A stretch of DNA of 64,000 bases, from NCBI RefSeq assembly GCF_006345805.1, contig NC_042999.1:41168001-41232000 (forward strand), read 5' to 3'. This document shows, in pieces, positions 54,960 to 64,000 of this stretch (position 1 is the first letter of the stretch; each line of letters starts with the position of its first letter). Below the pieces are notes generated by a model, which saw nothing but the letters and a program-made list of their open reading frames with translations, had not been told where the DNA came from and did not search any database. The translations under genes and the position numbers were made by a program. Source of the DNA: Octopus sinensis (Eukaryota).

Positions 54960-55532
54960 TCTACTACTACTACTACTACTACTAGTTGTAGTAGTAGTAG
55001 TAGTAGAAGTAGTAGCAGTAGTAGTAGTAGTAGCAGCAGCAGTAATAGTAGTAACAGCAGCAGCAGTAATAGTAGTAGCAGCAGCAGCAGCAGTAATAGT
55101 AGTAGCAGCAGCAGCAGTAATAGTAGTAGCAGCAGCAGCAGTAATAGTAGTAGCAGCAGCAGTAGTAATAGTAGTAGCAGCAGTAATAGTAGTAGCAGCA
55201 GCAGCAGTAATAGTAGTAGCAGCAGCAGCAGTAATAGTAGTAGAAGCAGCAGTAGTAATAGTAGTAGCAGCAGTAATAGTAGTAGTAGTAGCAGCAGTAA
55301 TAGTAGTAGTAGCAGCAGCAGTAATAGTAGTAGAAGCAGCAGTAGTAATAGTAGTAGCAGCAGTAATAGTAGTAGTAGTAGCAGCAGTAATAGTAGTAGT
55401 AGCAGCAGCAGTAATAGTAGTAGCAGCAGCAGCTGCAGTAGTAGTAGTAGCAGCAGCAGTAATAGTAGTAGTGGCAGCAGCAGCAGCAGTAGTAGTAGTA
55501 TTAGTGGCAGCAGCAGCAGTAGTAGTAGTAGT
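54960..55532. repeat. AGT/AGC/AAT trinucleotide mosaic with higher-order unit GTAATAGTAGTA(GCA)n
   Basis: Directly visible. Confidence 0.95.
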
Positions 55533-55740
55533 TTTACGTTCTGAGTTCAAATTCTGCCGGTGTCAACTTTGCCTTTCATTCTTTCAGTTTCGATAAATTA
55601 AGTACCAGTGAATCACCGGGGTCAATGTAATCGACAATCTGTCTCGCTAATTTTAGGCTTTGAACCTATAGTAGAAAGGATGTCGATGTAATCGACTAGA
55701 CCCCTCCCTCGACATTCCTGGCTTTATGCCTAAATATGAA
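55533..55740 (+). mobile_element. SINE family B 3' part plus a duplicated tail
   Basis: ACGTTCTGAGTTCAAATTC...core; ATGTAATCGAC appears twice. Confidence 0.75.
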
Positions 55741-55769
55741 TCCATTATTATTATCGAACAAAGAGAATT

Positions 55770-56085
55770 TCACGCTAGTGTACAAATATACGGAAGTTAA
55801 TGTACCCATCATGAGTATCTGTCGGATAAGTGTACATCTGGTACATGTATTACAACCATATGTACGCGATGTAGTGATCTCATATCAAGATGAACTGCTC
55901 ATGACTTTGCAGGTGAGGTCCAGTTAGAATTGCCTTTAGGTCGAGTAGCTCATTCCCTTCAAAATATACCTGAATAAGGGTTGCTTAAGGACCATCAACA
56001 AAACACCCTGTGGTAACTTGTTCAAATCCCCAAACATTTCTCTCAACAGATGGCTATGATGCTCCCTCTACTCCTGCTCGTGGTC
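55770..56085 (-). mobile_element. Family E retroposon, diverged and truncated by the SINE B array
   Basis: Reverse complement aligns with 43640-43800. Confidence 0.7.
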
Positions 56086-56086
56086 A

Positions 56087-56732
56087 GAAATTTGAACTCA
56101 GAACATAGCGGCAGACGAAATACCTATTTCTTTATTACCCACAAAGGGCTAAACATAGAGGGGACAAACAAGGACAGACATAGGTATTAAGTCGATTTCA
56201 TCGACCCCAGTGCGTAACTGGTACTTATTTAATCGACCCCGAAAGGATGAAAGGCAAAGTCGACCTCGGCAGAATTTGAACTCAGAACGTAACGGCAGAC
56301 GAAATACCTATTTCTTTATTACCCACAAGAGGCTAAACACAGAAGAGACAAACAAGGACAGACATAAGTATTAAGTCGATTAGATCGACCCCAGTGCGTA
56401 ACTGGTACTTAATTTATCGGCCCCGAAAGAATGAAAGGCAAAATTGACCTCGGCGGAATTTGAACTCAGAACGTAGCGGCATATTAAATAGCTATTTCTT
56501 TACTACCCACAAGGGGCTAAACACAGAGGGGACAAACAAGGACAGACAAACGGATTAAGTCGATTACGTCGACCCCAGTGCGTAACTGGTACTTAATTTA
56601 TCGACCCCGAAAGGATGAAAGGCAAAGTCGGAATTTGACGGAATTGGCGGAATTTGAACTCAGAACATAACGGCATACGAAGTACGGCTACGCATTTCGC
56701 CCGGTGGGCTAACGTTCTGCTAGCTCGCAGCT
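56087..56732 (-). mobile_element. SINE family B tandem array (three ~184-bp units plus a terminal head)
   Basis: Junction GAAATACC|TATTTCTTT at 56125, 56309 and 56493. Confidence 0.93.
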
Positions 56733-57524
56733 TTAAAAATAGCAATAATTTCATTGGTTGATATTTCCGCCAAAAGAATACATTTGATGTGTATAAGTAT
56801 GTATAAGTCATAACCACGTGTTAAATTTATCTTGCACGTAGCTTTGAAATTTGATCTCCATGATTGAAATGCAAGATTTCCGTCTTTTATAATGTAAATT
56901 GGAACAACTAGTTTCATCAACCATTATCTAAAGGAGCCGTGCTTTTCATAATTTTGTTTGCGTTTTGGTAAGTGGTTTTCTTGCTACTTCTCATTATTGT
57001 TTGGAGATCTCTGATGAGTCAAAACTAGTCTGCGCCTCGCTAATTTCAATTTCTCTGATCTAAATACCTTAACTAATTTCCCAGTGAGACTAAATACGTA
57101 TTCATTACGCATGTAGATATGATTCCGTATGCATTATAAGGAACTCTGTGCAGAACAATGGTCATACAGTGACGATGAGGCACGATAAAAAGACAAAACT
57201 TTGACCTGAGTGGAGGAAAATCTATTCTTTCCATTCTGAATGCCAATCATTGCATTGAGAGGCAGGAATATAAATAATCATTCGTACGAACGGGGAAAGA
57301 AAAGAGTTTTGGACAGCCTTTGATCTCGTTCATTATTCATTCTCTGTTCAACTCATGCCATGGCCGATTTCGACAGTCACATCTGTGGAATCGTTAAAAT
57401 CAATAATAGTAAGACGATTTGATCAACTACAACACACGCCTCTGCAATAAATTAGTAGCAATGCGTCGATATAGGATGTCAAGCATCGTTATTGTCCTTC
57501 CTTTTTCCTATCAATATCAGTTTC

Positions 57525-57905
57525 AAATTTTACTACAATGCCAGCGATTTTAGATGAGAGATTTAAGTCGCTTCCACGTTGGAAGGATGACAAGCAAGGT
57601 CGAAATTTGAACTCAGAACGTGCAGACGGACGAAATGTTGCTCAGCATATTTCCCGGCGTGCTAATGATTCTTGTTTCTTTATTGCCCACAAGGAGCTAC
57701 ACATAGAGGGGACAAACAAGGACAAACAAAGGGATTAAGTCGATTATATCGACCCCAGTGCGTAACTGGTACTTAATTTATCGACCCCGAAAGGATGAAA
57801 GGCAAAGTCGACCTCGGCGGAATTTGAACTCAGAACGTAGCGGCAGACGAAATACGGCTCCGCATTTCGCCCGGCGTGCTAATGATTCTGCCAGCAGGCC
57901 ACCTT
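57525..57905 (-). mobile_element. SINE family B dimer
   Basis: Junction GCTAATGATTCT|TGTTTCTTT near 57672. Confidence 0.88.
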
Positions 57906-58099
57906 CCTATTGATATTGTATCGAAAATCATCATTGCCACCAATACCATTACAACTGCTATAGCTATAATTCTGGCGTATAGATGCACTATCTTAGTCGT
58001 ACGCTTGCACAAATGCATGTATGTGTATGCGTGTATGTGTGTGTATACACGCACGCACTCTCTCTCTATCACACGCAGAGACACACACACGCGTGCACA

Positions 58100-58520
58100 C
58101 ATATTCTTTTATTCTTTTACTTGTTTCATTCATTCGACTGCTGGTATGCTGGAGCACGGCCTTAAAGCGTTTTAGTCGAAGAAATCGCCCCCAGGACTTA
58201 ATCATTTTAAGCCTAGTACTTATTCTATCGCTACCTCTTGCCGAACCGCTAAGTTGTGGGGGCCATAAACGCACCAGCATCCCTTGTCAAGCGATGGCGG
58301 GGGAAAAAAACACACACACATGCGCGCATAAATAGATATATACATATATGCATATATGTTGGGCTTCTTTCAGTTTCCGTCTACCAAATCCACTCACAAA
58401 GCTTTGGCTGGCCCATGGCTATAGTAGAACACGCTTGCTCAAAGTGCCTTACAGTGGGACTGAACCCAGAACCATGCGGTTGGGAAGCAAGCTTCTTACC
58501 ACACAACCAAGCCTGCGCCT
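58100..58520 (-). mobile_element. SINE family A, full length
   Basis: Similarity to 28370-28785. Confidence 0.9.
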
Positions 58521-58645
58521 ATAAATATGTATATATATAAGCTATATGTCTTTTTAATCTTTTATCAACTCAAAGCACATCACTCTGTATTCAATGTCTT
58601 TGAGTAACACAAATTCTCTGCAAACAAAATCTCACGTACAATTTT

Positions 58646-58708
58646 TACGGCCATATCACGTTGAAAACACTGGTTCTAGCCCGGTCGCCGACGTTAAGCA
58701 ACATCGAG
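58646..58708 (+). pseudogene. 3'-truncated 5S rRNA pseudogene (about nt 4-66)
   Basis: TACGGCCATATCACGTTGAAAACACTGGTTCTAGCCCGGTCGCCGACGTTAAGCAACATCGAG; about 7 mismatches in 63 nt to the invertebrate 5S sequence recalled from memory; the 3' half and T-terminator are missing. Confidence 0.85.
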
Positions 58709-58737
58709 AAACCTATGTGCTATATAAGCAACTTCTA

Positions 58738-59112
58738 GGCGCAGCGTGTCTCTGTGGTAAGAAGATTGCTTCTCAATCATATACTTTCGGGTTCAGTCCT
58801 ACTGCGTGGGACCTTCTGCAAGAGTCTTCTACCATAGCCACAGGCCGACCTTAAGCCTTGTGATTAGATTCGGGAGGCGGAAACTGGAAGAAGCACGCCA
58901 TATATATGTGTATGTATATATATAAATATATATATGTATGTATGTATGTATCTGTGTGTTTGTCCTCCCATCATCACTTGACAACCGGTGTTGGTATGTT
59001 TTTGTCACAGTAACGTAGCGGTTCGGCAAAATAAGCCGATATAATGAGTACTGGGCTTAAAAATAAGTTCTGGGGTCGATTTGTTCGATTAAAAACCCTT
59101 CAACGCGGTACT
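58738..59112 (+). mobile_element. SINE family A, full length, diverged
   Basis: Head, CORE, TA/TG linker and 3' half are recognisable. Confidence 0.85.
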
Positions 59113-60120
59113 CGTAATATATATATATATATATTTATATTCTGCCTGAGAAGAAACTGAACGTATTTTTTATCGTATGTAAATGTATACATGTACATGT
59201 TTGTATCGTTAGGTGTATACACAGTCCTTTATACTTTGAAGCCCTTAATTTTTGCACGTTTCTAACTTGATAAACTATATCCAGCATCATCTAATATTAA
59301 ATAGTGTCGAAATGATATAAAAAATAAAAAGATTTATCAAATTCCTGATTGGTAACAAGTTCTTTGCTACCAAATCATATAATTACTACTATATGCTATT
59401 TTGTTGGTCTTTATTGATATATTTGTTTATTTATTATTTAATTGTTATTCATCCTTCGTGAAAGTAGCAATTGCATAGCTTGGTTGAATTGCCTGCCTGT
59501 AGACGAAATATTGTTTTCATTATCACTGTTTTTCAGCGTTGGTTGAGTTGTTAGTGTTGCTGTCTTGAATTATTAATCGACTCGGCATTATTTTTTTTTA
59601 TTCTTGTTAGTTTTCAATCAACTTAAAAAATAACATGACAAGACTTTAATTACACAAGTAACGCTATGTTATTGTTGATGTTTCCGCCATCACAGCAACC
59701 CATAACTCCACCGTTAGGGAAAAAAAAAATATTGTTGTCGTCATTATCATCATTATCATGATTTCTATAATGTTGATCAATAGTGATATTTTACATTATG
59801 TGCAAGGTCAAGAATTCGTAGGTGTGTACGTGGAAGTGTGAAATACATGCATTTTTTGTTTCCATAATGTAATAATCAACATAACCGCCATGAATTGACT
59901 TCCACTAAGAAGCAAATCCGCATCATGGACTCACTTCACTAGGATATTGCTGCATGCTATGCATTGCTCATCACGAGTATGAATGTAATACAAATATTTT
60001 TCTTCATTTTCTATTTAATTTGTTATGGAAATTGCACAGTTTTGTTTTTATTTTTACTTCCAAATGATCAAATCATTTAAGAATTTATATATTTAATTAT
60101 ATTTTCATTATTCTTTTCAG

Positions 60121-60486
60121 TTTTAACCAGTAATACAACTTGCTGTAATCTTCACCGACTAAATGCTGCCGGAAACTGTCCTTGATGGGTTTCCGAGATG
60201 ACTTGCAGTTTTGGCAAACCTTTCCCTGCCCTCCACCCTGGAATAAGGACCTTTTCTTCCAAGTTAACTGGACTCGCTGCCTGGGTGTGCATACCGGCTG
60301 CGAAATACAACATGCAGTGGCCAAGAGATGTGATATCATTGTCAACGATGTGCAGGAATGCAACGACATTCACATGGCAGGTGCCACAAACGCTTTGGAA
60401 GCATGTAATCAGGAATGCCGACTCATTATCGGTTTTGTCGTTGTTATCGTCGTTGCTGTGGTTGGAGCTTCGTATCTCGTCTGCAA
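60121..60486 (+). CDS. Candidate exon; ATG 60185 frame encodes a Cys-rich segment followed by a TM-like helix
   Basis: Acceptor TTATTCTTTTCAG| at 60120 and donor AA|GTAAGC at 60487; GC-rich island; open frame ending RLIIGFVVVIVVAVVGASYLVC; no homolog recognised and the frame is uncertain. Confidence 0.35.
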
Positions 60487-62002
60487 GTAAGCCATAATTA
60501 TTCTTTTGTTATTATTATTATTTTCGTTGATTTTTCAGATGGTTGTCATTTTTTTTTCAGTGAATGATTAATGGCACGAAATCTATCAAACTTTATCATT
60601 TTCAAATAATAAAACATCGCACTATTAAAATTTATCTTTTGTCATGTAATGAAATCTATGATAAGTTTAAGAATTGTACTCACATTGTCAACGCTCTGGT
60701 GATAGTAATGACATACGTGTGTTTGTTATTTGGTTGTAAACTTACCCAAAATCAATCACTCTATACAAATTACCAGTGACGAAAACCAGACTAAGAATAT
60801 ACATAGAAAAGTAAGTTTAGTTTACCACTTCGTAGAATGCCACATAGCAACTGTTGCCCAGGAGACCACAACAACCGACCCATTTATCCTTCACACACAC
60901 AGAATAAATGTTTAAATTTTTCGTTTCAGTTCTATTTACTATCGCAGTCTGAAGGGTAGTTTTGCATTAGATATGTATTATATATGTAATATTTAACTTA
61001 TATATTATGTACTTTATTGTGTTTTGTTCTGCGCGTAATTCCCCCTTGCATGAAACCGAACCGTGCTGCAAAAGAAAGAAAACAAATATGTAGTGGTTCA
61101 CTGTTGGAAACACTAATTTATAATGCTTTATTGTAGAAGCGACAGAATTTCAGACATTGAAATTTATTGATATTTGACGCTCGGTTGATAGTTTGTAATC
61201 TTGTGAATAATACAGTTATAATTACATTGATAATACCAACTAACCGACATATGTGCACTTTATGTAATATTTCAGTTTTTGAAATTTGATTTATAATACT
61301 GTTATATTATGAACTGGTTTTACATAAATCAAATTTAGTTATTTGTTATTCATATCGTGTTTGAGTCATATTGTTAACGGGCATAACCTTATAAATATAC
61401 TCACATTAAAAGGAGGATAATATGACACCATGTGTCATACTATCAAAAGACTTGCTTAGCAGTGAGTCAAATGCTTAAAAATGTATTGAAACCACACGTT
61501 GTTCTGCATTGGATAAGATTTGATATTCATCGATTACTTCTCAAAGATCTTTTTTACCAAATTATATATATTACAAGTATCTACATCTTTTTTTAAAAAA
61601 AGATTAATTCATTTCTTTGTTTTTGAATTTGAACATCTACACTTAAATTTGCATTTCAGATATTTGTGTGTTGAGGTATTTTATAATTCTAACTGGAGGT
61701 TTTATGAAACTATGCTTTCACAAGTTCCTTAAGTATGATATTGTTCCACACAAAAAAACTACGAATTAATGACCATGCCAATCTCGAAGCCCGTAGCAAC
61801 GTATAATGAGTGAACTAATGGTATTAGGATCTTTGTGTCGCATACAAGTTTGAATGAATTCCTATGAATAATTAATATATAATTATACAAGATATTCAGA
61901 TTATATTTAACTCTGCAGTTCAATGAAATATTGTAAACATTACTAAATATATTACTAATTACTTTTTCATTACTATTATTTTTGCTATTGTTATTTATTT
62001 AC

Positions 62003-62033
<31 letters not shown>

Positions 62034-62244
62034 GAAAGTAAACAGTTATGAAATTTCAGACAAATCGTTATCAGTCGTATCATTTTATTTCTAATGCCGT
62101 TTCATGATATTAACTAATTAATTTCAATTACATTTCGATTATTCACATTTCCTTCTTTCTTCTATTTATGTTTCAGAAGTTATAATGGTACACAATATTC
62201 TTTCAATATATTTTACACCTTCTTAGGTAATACGGTGGTATTGT

Positions 62245-62270
62245 AGTATATATATATATATAATATATAT

Positions 62271-62301
<31 letters not shown>

Positions 62302-62543
62302 GTGTAAATATATGTATGTATTATATATATATGTGTGTAAATATATGTATGTATATATATATATATGTGTGTAAATATATGTATGTGTATATATATATAT
62401 ATGTGTGTAATATATGTATGTATATATATTATATATGTGTGTGTAAATATATGTATGTATATATATATATATGTGTGTAAATATATGTATATATATATGT
62501 ATGTATATATATATATATTATATATATATGTGTGTAAATATAG

Positions 62544-62576
<33 letters not shown>

Positions 62577-62997
62577 GTATGTATATATATATATGTATGT
62601 ATATATATATATATATGTATGTATAATATATATATATATGTATGTATGTATATGTATGTGTATATATATATATATGTATGTATATGTATGTGTATATATA
62701 TATATAATATATGTATATATGTATGTGTATACATATATATATATATATATGTATGTATATGTATGTGTATATATATATATATATATGTGTATGTATATAT
62801 GTATGTGTATATATATATATATATATGTATGTATATGTATGTGTATATATATATATATATATGTGTATGTATATATGTATGTGTATATATATATATATTA
62901 TGTGTATGTATATATGTATGTGTATATATATATATATGTGTGTGTAAATATATGTATGTATTATATATATATATATGTGTATGTATATATGTATGTG

Positions 62998-63028
<31 letters not shown>

Positions 63029-63073
63029 ATATGTATGTATATATATATATGTATGTATATATATATATATATG

Positions 63074-63114
<41 letters not shown>

Positions 63115-63163
63115 AATATATGTATGTATATATATAGATATGTATGTATATGTATATATATGT

Positions 63164-63194
<31 letters not shown>

Positions 63195-63215
63195 TATATA
63201 TATATAATGTATACA
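62245..63215. repeat. ~1-kb (TA)/(TATG)/(TGTG) mosaic satellite
   Basis: Directly visible; explains all ORFs at 62365-63421. Confidence 0.97.
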
Positions 63216-64000
63216 TGAATACAAATTGGTTTGGTGATGCAAACAGGAAAGTAGAATTCAAATGTTGTGTGCGTGTGTGCGCACGCGTGCGAGAGTGTAT
63301 ACTTGCGTGTGTACGTATTCTTTAATAATAATAGGCATAACCTACAGAGTGACTCGTAGCCCGAGAGTTTCATGCATTGGACCTCGGTACAGTAGTAGAG
63401 ATTAATAGTATTGTTTTCCACGTACTCTTTACTTTGCTCTCCACCAACACATCCTTCTACCCTGTATGTGAGAAATTCTATATATATGCATAAACAATTT
63501 ATTCAATATATGTCAGTGTTTAAAAAATATTTCCTTGTCTCTACGATGCTCACCGAGACCGGAGATCAACCAAACAGCATGACTGACTGTACTAGATTCC
63601 TCTGTGGACGAAGCTCCAGCCGTTCGCAGGGTTACTCAAAAGTGCTACAGGTACTGATTTTCAAGTGACTACTAAATGAAGCACGTTAAATAAAGTACCT
63701 TGCTAAATAGACTCAAGACTACAACATGTTTTTTGGTGCAAGGATTGAAACCTCGACCTAAAGTTCATGAGCACAGATCTTAATCAAATCAATTGTCTTT
63801 ACTCTCTACTTGTTACTGATACTTTATAATTTACACCTGACAATTGTAGAAAACATTGTATGCATAGTATTGTTATCAGTTGTAATCTAATATGGTTAAA
63901 ATAATGATACACTTTAGTAAAACTAACTACTTTATACTAACACTGTGAAAACAGAGTGGATTACTAATTCCGCATTAAAACGTTATTTATTTTGTATGCA

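Noticed and set aside
54840-55596. Poly-Ser/Asn, poly-Thr/Ala and poly-Val/Ala ORFs over 220 aa
   Set aside because: They are a trinucleotide array that is open by construction, with no unique coding flanks.
56087-56732. Regularly spaced repeats as a CRISPR array
   Set aside because: Whole 184-bp units repeat with no unique spacers, there are no cas genes, and the context is eukaryotic SINEs.
57011-57030. CTGATGAGTC resembling a hammerhead start
   Set aside because: No closing stem II and no GAAA.
60097-60369. Minus-strand ORF resembling a neuropeptide precursor (KKR, GK)
   Set aside because: No convincing signal peptide, in-frame TGAs just upstream, and a poor minus-strand acceptor tract.
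63497-63651. Possible + strand exon ending CAG|GTACTG
   Set aside because: Weak acceptor and donor, and no recognisable product.

Overview
This is an AT-rich, repeat-saturated animal genomic window. It is probably octopus or another cephalopod (inference from the dense (TA)n/(CA)n/(TATG)n arrays and the tRNA-derived SINE families). No complete protein-coding gene can be supported, and most ORFs in the track are microsatellite translations. Supported content includes at least four tRNA-headed SINE families (about 40 copies, some nested or in tandem multimers). It also includes decayed RTE, CR1/L2-type and R4/RLE-type LINE fragments, Tc1/mariner MITEs, a foldback element, a 3'-truncated 5S rRNA pseudogene, two (TA)n-bounded tandem duplications and one candidate exon at 60.1-60.5 kb. 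The most notable signal is a well-formed type I hammerhead ribozyme (CUGAUGA / GAAAC-AUAU-GUC, all three stems pairing). It occurs twice in a 383-bp head-to-tail dimer at 21.7-22.4 kb, which is the architecture of circRNA-producing non-LTR retrozymes. A core-deleted relative lies at 51 kb, and two unrelated hammerhead-like cassettes lie at 25.1 and 29.8 kb; all are embedded in (TA)n arrays. An assembly artefact is not excluded for the dimer. All pairings and alignments were done by eye; boundaries of degenerate repeats are approximate.
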